A program made the position numbers and the translations under genes. From NCBI GenBank assembly GCA_000934665.2, contig JYFJ02002978.1:1-47907 (forward strand): a stretch of 47,907 bases of DNA, in the 5' to 3' direction. The DNA is from Catajapyx aquilonaris (taxonomy: Eukaryota). This document shows, piece by piece, positions 11,352-24,267 of the stretch (position 1 is its first letter; every line of letters starts with the position of its first letter). Under the pieces are notes generated by a model. That model did no database searches, was not told where the DNA came from, and worked only from the letters and a program-made list of their open reading frames with translations.

Positions 11352-14300
11352 TATATAGTTGTTATAAAAAATTATTTGTCACCTCGATCATCTTTCTACA
11401 TCTTCCTCCTGCACTTTATTTATTTGTTTGTTTGTTTATTTATTTGTGCAGGACAACCCTACTTTCTAATACACAAGTGGCTTTCATATAGCCATTGATT
11501 CCGCGCAATTAATTCTCATTTTGCACCGATATCCATCAGTTGACAAATAATAATGTTATCAGTAGAAGATCAAGGAGCCCAACCCCTGACCTGATCTCGG
11601 AAGTGACTTTTCTTGGGATTTTTTTTTCTTCTTCTCCTCCTTCTTTCTTGGAAGCACGCGAGGGTGGAAGTCCCGGCAGCTGAGTTGTGCTGCACCTGGC
11701 TGGTGGCATCAGTTCAACAGACCACTTCTGTGTTGAGCTGGAAGGTTTTTTTTCCCTGCCTCCCCCATATACGGCCACAGCCTTCAGAAAAAGTGCGTCC
11801 GCAAGATGAGGTGAATCATTCCCCGCCAAGAGTTTGTTGGGTGGGTGGGAGGGTCTCGCCTGTCATAACCGCCTTTTGAAGGTGGGTCTGACTCTGGAAA
11901 TCCAGGCCACTCAATCATCGCTCGGGCCTTTTTTATTCGGTCCTTTTCCCAAGCCTAAAGACCCCCGCCTGTCATCATCAAACACTCATTAAAAAACCAC
12001 AGTGTACATATCAAGGTGTGTTCAAAAACACATCTGTCCTGCCTGGAAAATTTGTTTGTCACACCACCACTTCTCTTATGGCCTAAAATGTTTTGGACAA
12101 CAAAGCGAAGATTACCAAAATGACATGAACCGGATGGCGACATGGCATAAAATTCTGAGTGAAAGACATTCTGAACTGTCCGAATGATGTTGAGAATACT
12201 TTTGAGCGAAAAAGTTGACTTTTAAAAATTAACATGGTCTTTCTGGGTGGGTCATCAGGCTTCAGGTTGACATTGAGGGATGGCAAACCGGCCATTTTTG
12301 TGTCGCGGTCAGTTAAGGGCACAAAAGCTAAGACGGTGACCGTTGCATCAGAACCCAAAAAGTGACCCCACAAGCTTCTCGACTTGGGTCCCATTTTTTT
12401 GGACCCGACTTCCTGAGGAAAACGATGAAAAGTGACCGCTGGCCATTTTCTGTCGGACCGGTTACTTCCACTCGTCCCTGATGGTAGGCACTTCCAAAAA
12501 AAAAAAAATTTTCTTTTGGGAGGAGGGGCCCAGGTATAAGTCTCGGCGCGCTTTACAAGTGTATGGGGTCGGATCCGGCCGAATGGGGAGGGGGAAAAAA
12601 AGTTTTACCTGGAAGAGAGAAATAAATCTTGACCGTGCCAAAAGGCCCCACCAGACACCTTTTTTCCAGAATTTTTTTTGGGGGCCTATTCGCCTTTTGC
12701 ACCTTGTATCGGGGATGCCAGATGCATGGAAAGAAGAAACCAGCAGTTCAAATCATGTACCTTTTGTTCGTTCCAGACTTATGGCATTATGTGCTGCTCA
12801 GCTGTACGTAATCAAACCATTCAATACCCTGTGGACAGCCTTGCATATTAAAGTCTACTTTGCCTATAATAGTCTATATTTTTATCTCAATTTTTGAAAA
12901 GATTCCAGCAGCTTGTTTGAGCGATTCCCGTTTATCGCAAAAGACACACAGACCAGTGTGTCCTTTTTCCAAGTCGGTCCGATTTTTGTGGAGTCGAAGT
13001 CCACAAAACCTGGCAAAGTCCATTCCGATAATGAGAGGGGGCCTATAGTAAAACCATGACCTGTCACAAATGTTTTTATTGCACCCTCCAGACCCCGAGG
13101 AGAGGCCGCCATTGTACACACAATCAGCATTGCAGAAAAGAGAAAGCTCGGGGCTGCTATAGCCATTCACAGGGAAGCAAGGACACTGAAATAATTGGCT
13201 ATTTTTTGGGACTTACTTTTTTGAACATGTTTTTGTGAGTTAGTTTCTGAGGGATGCAGTAGCGCGCGCATGAGGATTATTGGATGGCGGACGCCTCCTC
13301 CTCTGAACCAAGCCTGCCAATGTCATCAGCACAGCCGAATGTTGAGTCTAAGCCCGGATGGGGTCCGTCCCTCTCGCCAATTATTGGCACGCAAAACTTG
13401 CCTGTGGCAGGACCGACAAAATGGCAGGGCATCGTCTTGCCCTATCGAAATCACAACTTTCAGGGCTGATTTTTTAAAAGGAGCATACTGGACACTTCAT
13501 AAATTTTGGCTGTTCGTCTATAACGGTGCATTTTTAGTTAGTATAGATCGATTTTGAAAAAATCCCGAGCGGACCATCATTGCCATCCAATACAGTATTT
13601 TCCTGTGGCTATAACAATCTACGCTCAAAAAATCAGGACAAGCTCTCCCACTTTTTTATCCATATAATAATGTCTTACATAATATAATCGGATTCCTGTA
13701 ATTAAAAAAATATACCGTACTTGAATATCAACCATGCTCTATACTGAATCATTTCATTGCATACATTGCTTGCATTATGACACCAGGATTGTCATATTTT
13801 TGAACTTGGGAAATAAAATATGTGACGCAGTGATGCAAGAGAAGTCAATCAACTGCTGATGAGCCCGCAGCAGATGAGCCCTTGCAGCTGATTGCAGCGT
13901 AATATTGACAACTCGCACAAGTTGGTAGAATTGGAACCGTTTAGAGTGGGGGGAGGGGGGGGGTCAACGGCTGTGGTGGCGGGGGTGGGGGGGGGGGGGA
14001 CCATTTCCAAAAATGGGGGAAAAGGAGGAAAGGCAGTCGGAGTAGAGCCAACCAGGAGGACCTCTTTGGGCCTATACCAGCTCCGCATCTCAGGGAAAGG
14101 TAAGAGAATTCAAACTCTCCATTTGTACCATTTAGATTGTAATGTTGTGAGAAGGTTGGTGAGATTGATTATAAAAGAGGATAGAAAACGACAGGCGAAA
14201 AACTATGCCTTTATCACACGCCGCGATGAGTAGGCCTACAATCGTTGCATAAAAAGTTCATGTCGTCATGAGCAGGCAGAATTATATACGGCTAACACGT

Positions 14301-17300
14301 CAACTGAGACAGTGTTTTCTATACACGGGACACGACGGGACATATCATATACAGCGCACGTGTCATTATGTCATGATGAGTAATGAGGTGGTACTTACCT
14401 GTAGGTTAGCAGAGCAATTGAATAATAATAATGTCTGGTCTTTATTGCGTGTGACATAGATATGGAACATTGCCCACAAGAGCTGACGAAGTTATGAATA
14501 TTGCCATATTATGGACTGTGTTAATATTTCTTTAAATGCGGCAAGAAAGGGAACCTAACGTATTTAAAAAGCATGGTAAAATGGCGACCAATTAAAGTAA
14601 GTAAGTGAGAATGAAAAGGGCATACAAGTCCACTATCTCAACTTGACCAGGCGTCTTTTAAAAACCGCGTTCCATGCAAACTGATGGAAACAACAACTTG
14701 TCAACAGCCCAGTGGTAAACCTGTTTAAGTTGATGGATTGGAGTTATTTTTTGATGAATATGATGCTCCCTATATATCTTGAAGTGTATGTTTTGATAGG
14801 GTATAGGGATTACAAACTGTTCGCTGATTTTTTCAGCAGAACAGTTACTATAACCAAATATCGCCATTTTGCATTACACTGCATATTTTATTATTACAAC
14901 TCAATTTAGATCAGTTGTTTGATCCCACTTTATCCTTAATATCGTTTTCAAATGCCGTTGGCAGCAGGGATTGAGAAACAGATATGGAATTTTCCAGCAG
15001 AGACTGTGAGCAGCAGGAGCATCCGTCAACATATTAAAAAGTCGAGCGACAGGTTGGTAAAAAACCACCACCTGTGCACACGACTTTTTATGCCCTTTTT
15101 TGTGCAAAGGGCCACTGGGGGGGGGATGTGTGTGAGTATCACAAAAAAAGGTGTAATTCTGCCTTTTTGCCACGTGCCTCCGATTATGCTCCCCATTCCT
15201 CCTCTCTTCCTTTTTTCTCTTCTTTGAAGAGGGACCCCCCCTGCCTTCAAAAAAATTTTGGTTGGAAAGGGGAGGGGGGGGGAGCTTCTCTTTTCCCCTC
15301 AGGGTGGGCTTTTTTCTTCGCATTATAAACAGCAGTAAGTGGCTTATTGGACCACCAAAAAGGGGATCCTTATCACCATTTTGACAAGGGGCGGGATCAC
15401 TCACACCTAAATCCCTCCTTTTTTTTCGGGGAGGTCCACCCTCCCTTCCCCCACAAAAAAAGGTCAAAAAAGTGAGATGTAAAATGAGAGGTTATTTTTG
15501 GGTGCCAGGTCACGCCAAGGCACGTGCTTGGTATGATTGTGGAGAGATAAAAGAGACTACCCCAACATCTCCAGCATGTGTGTCGACTCTCTCGGAGTTG
15601 GAAATAAGGGCCTATTAGATAAAGAAGTAAACATGATGGGAAGATTGATTACTATAGAATAATATTAATTGTCAAAGTAATGCCGAATTTTGCATTCCCT
15701 TCATAATATCTGCATGTGGATCTACTGCACTCGGTTCAGAGGAAATTATCATGATGTTGTTTGTTTGTTTCTGTACTGCTAAGTAGTGAACTGAGTTACT
15801 GTATAAGATGTGCTGAAATCAAACATTTCCATTACATCTTTTGAACCCAAAATAATTTCTTTTAGGGATAGTATCGAAAAGATCCAGGAAAAATTAGTGT
15901 GCAATTTTGTACTATCACGTTGTATTTAGTATACATAGCAAATGATCCAAAACATCATCTGAATCAACAATTAGTCTACTACTACTATCTACTATACACA
16001 ATAGGCGTAATATTGTCTGTACTTAAAATTTAGTGCTGCGTAACACGTCGAAATGGATCTCAACGTGGCCCAAAGAAAAATACTTTGCACAATTTGACTG
16101 ACCAGCACAATAGTTGGCTCTAATTAAACGGCAGCACAGTGTTACATGAGATGGTGCTTTTTATGGCAGAGTGCTGAGGCCTTGGAGTGAAATGACATAG
16201 TTGAGTCGGCCATTTTATTCCTCCCCAACCAACTCTCATTGGGATTTTTCCCCTCTGAATCGATGGATCCCATCATGGCTCCCTTGCCCTTTTCCATCTC
16301 CCCCCTCTTTCCTCTCTTCTCTCTTTTTTATATTCTGGCCATTTAGAGAGGCTGGGCTCAGATGACCTCACCCCAAAAAGGAGGGGCCAACCAACCAATG
16401 ACAGTGGCTTTGTACCTCAGTCTACTCGGCTTTTTATTCTGGCAAGAGTCTCCCTGTCAATGGAGGAGCGACCACTTTTTCAAATGGGTGGAAATTGAGG
16501 TTGAAAAGTCCTCCCATGTGAGGGTCTGCTGGCCACAGCTCAACGGGGGCAGGTGAGACAGACGCAGCACGTGGCCATTATTATTTATCCTGATGGTCTA
16601 TACTCATAATGTGTATCGAGGGTGTTGCGTTTATGATTTTGGCTCGGTTTTTGGTTTTATATTTCCCCCCGAAAGGGAGTCGTCATTTAGTTGCTCGCTG
16701 ACTCATTCAGCTCCTTGCCTGTCGATAATCACAACAGTACGCTGCTGTCTGTTGAAATAACAACGAAGGATGTGTATAGGGGACAGTCATTGACAGCATC
16801 ATTTCGTTTAATGAGATGAATCGCCCGTGATTATATATAGATGGGAAAACTCGGATTGTTTCTTATACCATTAATTTTGAAAGTTATAGCCATCCCCGCG
16901 GATTCAAATAATTACACTATACCTACTTTTATCATTCGTGGAAAATGTACATTATTACCGGTCATTTATTTTATGCTCCCAGCAAGACCTACTGTAGATG
17001 ACAGTTTAACCGTTAATTGCTCTCGACTGAAATCATTTAGAGCCCCGCTTGTAATATCGATTAATGCAAAAATCTGCAATTATGTGCATCGGTATCCACC
17101 ATGAATAAGACTACCTTGAAATGATTTTGCGGCACGAGGTTTGACGTGTGGCCAAAACTTTTATTAGAGTGCGCTGATTTCAGTTATGATTTTAATTTTT
17201 CTTTACGGTTTTCTTGCAATGCTGATGTGATAACTGGGGAACGGTACCTTCTTTTTATTTTGTAGTCAGATATCACCTGAACCAAAATATTTATTCAAAT

Positions 17301-20300
17301 CAAAAATGGTATTTTTATAGAGCCTAAAATTGCCTATATTGAGCGTTGGGACCTAAATGGCCTATTAGCGCCTACTTTCACCCATTTTTCACCTTTTTGA
17401 CGCCGTTCTGTTCGATTTTCGAGAGTTTTCCGGGTTTTTAGTTCATGGCGGCATCCCTTCAACATATAAGGGCGAAGCGAAGCTGTTAGGCATGTAGGAT
17501 GAACTGACTGTAAGAGACATTTCATTTTTCAAGTATGATCCAGTTACTTCGTGTGACGTCGAAATGTCATTTTCAGCGTGTAACGATGTATTGTCAGACA
17601 GGCGTCGCCGAATAACAGAGATTAATCAACGAGAATATGGAACAACTGCTATAGTTGCCTTGGCCCCAAAAGTAGGCTGCAATGAGTAGTGACTGTTTCA
17701 TTGGAATAGTTAAAATAAACGAGGGCCTGCTTGATTTTTACTGCGCTTATTAAGACCCTATTTTGACTGTTTTCAAGGCCCAAATGCCTATATACTACCT
17801 ATTTGAGGGTTTTTTAGAACCTAAAATTCGGTCCTTATAGTGATAACTTGATTACATGCTATACCGGTTTCCTGATACATCAAAGAGTCAGAAAGAAGAA
17901 TGATATCAGGGTAGGCGGGATGATCCATCAATGACGGCCATTACTGCTGGTTCTTTGGGAGGACTAAGCTACCTACTGAAACATCTGGTATAAGTTGAAC
18001 ATATTAGGTTAATATTGTTTTATTTATTATTCGGTAATTTTTATTCTACAATACCGGTATATGTAATTGGAATACGTAAATAAATGGTAATATTGTCATT
18101 GCAATGATTGCATAGAAGCCTGACGCCCCATATAAGTGATCAGGGGGGAAAAACGGAAAGCAGTTCTAAAATCACAGCATTCGTAAGGTTTAGGTCAGCC
18201 ATCAAATCCCGTGAAAATCTTTAAAACTGTGCAGATGAGATTTTATATCGATATGAATATATGCATAATGAAAGGAAATAAATAATCTATAGATTAATCA
18301 CTCCTGTTGGATCCCATTCTAACTTCAGTTCAGATTTTGAATAAGGATGCTGGGGAGGGTCTTCCTTTCAGTACCCTTAGTCATGCCGCCGACTTTGTTT
18401 ACTTGGCCACGAAAGGCAAATGCAGTAAGTTACATCAACTCGTTCAGACGGCCGTCACCTTTGGCGGAAAAAAACACCATGTTCCAACCCTGTGGTGCAT
18501 TTAGCTGAAGGATTTTAAAGACCATTCTCTACATTTATAATAACATATATACTGATGTAATTCAGTAAGACGACTTAAGTTGTGAGCTGCAATCCATTCC
18601 TGGCAGCGTGAGTCTAAAAGGGCGCGAAATAACACTTGACAGCGGTCGGGTGTAAATTATGCGGCCTAATTAGTCAAAACTTCTTCTCTTCCTGCCCCCA
18701 GAAATTTTTACCGCGGGGTCCCTCTTCTTCTTCTTCTTCTTCCCTATGCTTGTCCCCTCCCTCTGCCTGGTTCTGCTTTGGTCCTTGTTGTTTTCGGCGA
18801 AAAGAAGGAAGCGGAAGTGGGGTCAGAGTGGTACACAGATGGCGCTAGGGTCAGGTTACAGGTCTCGGAGGCCAACCATTGGTCAAAATTTCGGCCTCTC
18901 TTTTTGTGTCCGCATGTCCACAAGTGAGACTCGGAGGTTTATTTTTCCGGGTCCGAGATGTACGGCATGCTGGATGGGTGGGTGGGTGCCCTTTCCGGAT
19001 ATTCTCTCCCCCCCACCCACCCAGCACAAAAACAGATGGGCCTTCTGGAAGGCATTACTGGTAACGGTGTAACTAGGGGACCCATTTTTCTTTGCAACCA
19101 GTTTCAGCATACCGTTTCTTTGGACGAGCCTTTTTCCACCCCCTTCTCCTCTCACCCTGGGACTGATGCTTTCACTCAGTTTCTTTTTTGGGAAAAACTT
19201 TCACCATGATTTAGGGCAGATGCTGGACAACCACTGGGCTACATCTTTTTGGGGACAAAGAGTAACAGTCAGCCATAAAACGCATCCTTTTTTACAGAGA
19301 TTGATCCACTACCTGAAGGAAGTGAGTGGAAATTATTCTCAGAGGAGAACTGCACTCATGGAGATAAAATTATTGAAAAAGCAAATTCTAATTTTTGCTG
19401 GGGATGCTCGTGTGAATAGACACTCAAATTGAACCGAAACCTTTTCTAATATTTTAGAGGCGTATTCCTTTTTGAATCATCTCAAAAAATTTCACACTGG
19501 CAAACAAACCTTTTCCATCAGTGCATTGAACTGTATTCCGAACTTAAAGAATGGTCATGCACTATGTAGATTACAAATTCGGCTAGTTTCCAAAGAGAAA
19601 ATTGTACGCGTGTATAAAGAGGATTGTTCCCAGAACGTGTTTGAGCAATATTTTGAATGATGGCCCTTATTGAACCTTATTGAAGAAATATCGCACTTCA
19701 ATTTATATAGTTCTCAAACTACACAAAATTCTCACATTTGACCACCAGAGGTGCTGTGTAGTTTTATTGCAAGAAAAATGACTTAAAATGAACGTTCCTA
19801 AAAACGAGAAATTCTGAACAGTATATATTCAGACAGAGGCCCGTTTGTTTGTCATATCAATTTTTATTAAGACGCAAACGGGGAAGTGAGTAACGAAAAT
19901 ATGTTCATTTACATTAAAAATAACTTGTAACGACAACATACTGCCATACAAAAATGTCTAAAAGGACGTTTTGGAGAGCCTTCTTTGGCAAATTAGGGAC
20001 AGAGAAGGTAGGCCATGTTGTCGAAAATTACGTAATTTCTGGCAGCAATTAGCAACGAGAACAAATCACCTGTCCACAATCCACCTTTTGTGACGAAATC
20101 AATAGACATCATTAAAACGTGCCCCCCGAACAATCACCTGAATATAGCGCATATTGGCGGGAGCTCCTCCAGTTATGAAGCCATTTCAGAGGAGGACAAA
20201 AAGACAGGAAACAGAAGGAGACACGTCGCAGCAGGAAAGAAAATCCGGGAATCGATCCCATTTTTCTCTCTCTCTCTTTCCCCCCCAACAATTGATTCAC

Positions 20301-20443
20301 CCTCCCCCGTCAGACCAGCACTGGCCCCATCAGGTTGCAAATTGATAGATGGAGCGTGCGTTTGATCCCCTCTGGGGACACTGTCGCCACGGACACTCTC
20401 TATTCCAGGAGAAGGAGCTCCATATCCCATCACGCATATAATC

Positions 20444-20624
20444 ATCTAGGTTTTGGACACATACTGGTTGCGCCACGATGCAATGGCGGCAAAAGAGGGA
20501 ATCTAATTTTCCCCTCCGTATATGACCGCCACCTTCATTTGATCAAGTGAATTGGGCGGTCATATACGGTGGGAAAATTTCGATGAGCTCTTGGCCGCCA
20601 CCAGTATGTGCCCAAAAGCTAGAT
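20444..20624. repeat. ~180-bp imperfect foldback inverted repeat
   Basis: Outer arms ATCTAGGTTTTGGACACATACTGGT / ACCAGTATGTGCCCAAAAGCTAGAT. Inner arms AATTTTCCCCTCCGTATATGACCGCC / GGCGGTCATATACGGTGGGAAAATT. Near self-complementary centre TTCATTTGATCAAGTGAA. Confidence 0.85.
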
Positions 20625-21704
20625 CACACAACCAAACATTCTGTGTATTGTCCTCCCGTCGTATGGCAACATGATGTAAGTCGGATGCTGCATAATGGGA
20701 TTGGTTTTGGGAATGTGACCCTGTAACTGTTCCCACTTGAGCGGGTCCAGCAAAAGCATCCAAAAATCCCGTGGTTTTCCTCTGGCATAATAAATGAGTG
20801 GGTGTAATAGAATAAGTGGGATGGAGAGGTGGACAATGGCAGGGGTCGAAAAAGGGCAGCTGCCGGACACTGGCCAGTTGTGGGCCAAAGAGAGAGGGGG
20901 TCAAGCCCTGGATGTCTGTGGGTCAACCATTCGGTTTTTATACCTGGGTATGGAAATCGGAGGACGTATAATGCAGGGTCACACAGATGCTGCCCCTCCG
21001 ACAAAGGATGGGGGCAGTTGGACAATGGTCACCAGGAACAATTTTTCGAGTTGGGGGTCAGCAGGGGAGGGAGGTGGAAGAGGGGTCAAGCCACACCGAA
21101 ACCACAAACGTTTTTCTTTCCCTATCACAGATTTCTCACACCTTTGCCCCAGATGCGGGCGTTTTGTTTGCTTCCGGACCACAAACTTTCACCTCGGGAA
21201 ACCAAAACCCGGGGGATCCACAAAAATATGTCAGACCACATTTTAATAAACCGTTACAGAAACGGAGGAAAATAACTGGGGAAACGTTTTTCCATCCCTC
21301 GACTCTTGCCTCGACTATATGTAACGTGATGTAATTTGTGTGTTTTTGTCCATGAGCTCGTGTATTTAGGGTTTTTCCACTTTTTCCATAGCCAGAATGA
21401 TCCCGACTATCAACTGCTTCTCACCTGTTCGTGCTCGTGATTATTTTGTTGTCTTTTCCCTGTATTCATTCCTGACATACTTCAATTTCGGGTTATTTCC
21501 TGTTCGCTCCCGTTTTCAATGACTGATAAATCGGCATTATGACTATACCGGGCACTGTTGTTTCCATCAAAAGCCAAAAGCAGCAGGGCGGATAACACGA
21601 TAACAAGCGATTCGTGACCCCGATAGGACCAAGCCCGTTACTGGAAAATGACGCGACAAGTCAAATGAGGCTTATAAAAGTAATCGCATCAAGTCGGCGT
21701 CACC

Positions 21705-21817
21705 GGGTGTTTCATCACTTTTAAAAAAAAATTAGAAAAAAGTGAACTCCTCTGTTGCCTCATTCATGTAAAGAGTTCATCTCCTCAAACTTTTGTATGA
21801 ATCATGATGAAACACCC
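21705..21817. mobile_element. Small Tc1/mariner-type MITE remnant
   Basis: 13-bp inverted termini GGGTGTTTCATCA / TGATGAAACACCC resembling CAGGGTGT-type Tc1/mariner ends, plus an inner TGAACTC/GAGTTCA pair. Confidence 0.55.
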
Positions 21818-23130
21818 TATGGATAGTAGCTACAATTTTGAAGGTTCGGCGTCCTCCTCTTTCCCCTACTGATGTCCAAGCCTGATGCTTGACCAGATGC
21901 GGACTGCCAATTGTTTCGGTGATGCAGCATCCGTCATGGGACTCGGAATCTCCTCCCCCATCAGAAAAGGGCTGGCCGGAATAATACCAATAAATTGGAG
22001 AGAGTGAGGGTCAGCAGCACGAATGGCTTCCAGGAAAATGGCCATTGGTCAGTTGTTGAGAGAAAAAGGTCATTTTCCCATGGTTTTGGGGAAGGGGGTG
22101 GGGAAGATTGCATTTGCAAGAGAGTGGACACAAAGGGTGGGGGTGGACGCACACTGCACACACAAGGGGCTGGGGGGGCCAAAGTCCACTCTCAGCTGGA
22201 CAATCAATTAAGGTTGGGGAGATCCCAGCTTTGTTTGGCTCCTGGTCACCGATTGGGAGCCATTCTGCTGGCCATGACTCACTCTCAAGCTGCCCACCAC
22301 ATCTAACCGATGCTCCTAAGATTTTTATATAGCAAAGTACGTACTGCTAACAATATACTTGCGCGTTACCAGCTGCTGATTACAGAGCTGTCAAAGACGA
22401 GAGAGATGGGACGCATGGTGTCGGACATCCCCCTCAAAAAAAGGATGTGGGCAAGCCCCGCGTTTTGAGGGACCTTTCTGGGTGTTATTATTGCCCCTGG
22501 GAAGGACTTCCGGCTGCCCGCACATGTCCACCAAATGGCCCGACCCTTCTGTCTTTCCTCAAAAATGGCCGAAAAAAGAAACGAGAGAAAAGGTCGCCGC
22601 TAACGAGCATGGACCACCGTGGACGATGGACTAGCCCTTCCCCCAAAAAATACGGACCATTCCTCCCCCAAAAATACGGATTAAAATATATAAGGCCCTA
22701 TAGTCCTGATTGGTTTATCGTCCCCAAAAAAATGCAGGGTCGTGATTGGCTTGTGCCCCGGGGTGGAGGAGACATCCGGGTGCGGAAGGGGCAACAACCG
22801 TCCATCGTTGATGAATGTGAGGCGTCCATACCCACGTGCCGACCCGCAACCCCTGGGTTTTCCACTGGAGGGAGAGTAGTAAAGCTTGAGGAAGAAGGGG
22901 GGGTCAACAAAGGGATGACACACGGCTTCACCGCCCATTTCGGGATGCAGGGATCCATTCAGAATGTGTCAACTTCGCCACGTCACGCTGCGGGTGACAC
23001 TTGTATCTTTGCGTGCAATTCATCGGGTTTACAGCCCGGGATTACCAACGATTCGGCCTGAAAATTAAGGTTGCGATTAATTAGGATGTCACATGTTGCA
23101 TATAGGCTGATCGGCTTAATGTGTATCTGG

Positions 23131-23190
23131 AACAGGGTTTTTCTTCAAAAAATATTGTATCGATACAAGATATTTGAAGAAAAACCTGTT
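23131..23190. repeat. 60-bp imperfect palindrome next to the truncated end of MITE copy 2
   Basis: AACAGG(G)TTTTTCTTCAAA...TTGTATCGATACAA...TTTGAAGAAAAACCTGTT. Confidence 0.75.
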
Positions 23191-23197
23191 TAATCAG

Positions 23198-23397
23198 TGC
23201 TTAACTTAAACGCGCTCGATTAAATCCTTTAGTCATCCTCGATTAGCACATTTAAAAGTGCTAGCAAGTGCAATTAGGGGGCGTTTAGCGCTAATCGCCG
23301 TCTTTGTATTACCAGGTTGGTTAAATTTGCTAATCGAGGATGACTAAAGGATTTAATCGGGCGCGTTTACTTTAAGCAACCTCTCTGAATTCGGCCC
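23198..23397. mobile_element. MITE, second (left-truncated) copy of the 10979-11202 family
   Basis: Highly similar to 10979-11202 in the same orientation. Lacks ~19 bp of the left TIR. Ends ...CTCTGAATTCGGCCC. Confidence 0.85.
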
Positions 23398-24150
23398 TAG
23401 GCTGTTACATAATAAATGTCCATAATCAGGTGGATGACTCGTTAAGCCTTTCCCACCAACGCATGTGAATCCAATCTGGAGGTTGTTAGTTGGTGTCTTT
23501 GTCCCCCCGGGGAATGACCAGTGTCCGACAAGACCAGATGGCACCGGTTGGTTTTTGGGGGCCTATAGGACCACCTGGAGAGAGGACCAGATTGTTTCTG
23601 CTGCTCAGGCTCCTTTGCTTCTTCTCCTATTTTTTCCCCCCACCACAAATGCTGGCCTGACTAGTATTTCGGATTCCTGGAAAAAGGGGGGGAATATTTG
23701 ACCCTCAAACTCGTACTGATGACTGATGGTTCTGGATCTGGCTTCCGGAAATATTCTGAAGCATGGTCGTCCGCACGTGTCCAACCGACATTCTGTTTCC
23801 GTATAACCAAGCCGTTCTTCGAAAGTCGAAGAGATGCAATAAAAAGGTTTATTGTCATGTTATGATTATTGAAATGGCGGCTATTATTGTTAATGTACAG
23901 TCCAAGATCCCAGTTCAAGCTGTTTTATTGGTCTGTACATTTCCACCTCATTTTATAATCATATAAGAAAGCTTGTTATAGTGTACGTATAGTGAAAAGA
24001 ATTATTATGCTGTTATGTCACTTACGGCTGGTTGTATCAATGATAATCGAGCAGGAAACCTCCGATTATGCCGGATTATGTTATAATATTATTGGAGCAG
24101 TTTAACATTACTAGAAAAATCGCGAAAATTTAATCCGAAATGTGAATTAT

Positions 24151-24267
24151 CCTCCTGAGACCCCTGGTACAGTATACTGTACCTTTGTTTTTTTCCAGCA
24201 CCTTCTGACTAACCCAAACGCGTAAAAAAACAAAGGCACAGTATACTGTACCAGGGGTCTCAGGAGG
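24151..24267. mobile_element. piggyBac-like MITE (117 bp)
   Basis: ~43-bp TIRs CCTCCTGAGACCCCTGGTACAGTATACTGTACCTTTGTTTTTT / AAAAAACAAAGGCACAGTATACTGTACCAGGGGTCTCAGGAGG with one mismatch. Flanked on both sides by TTAT. Confidence 0.75.
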
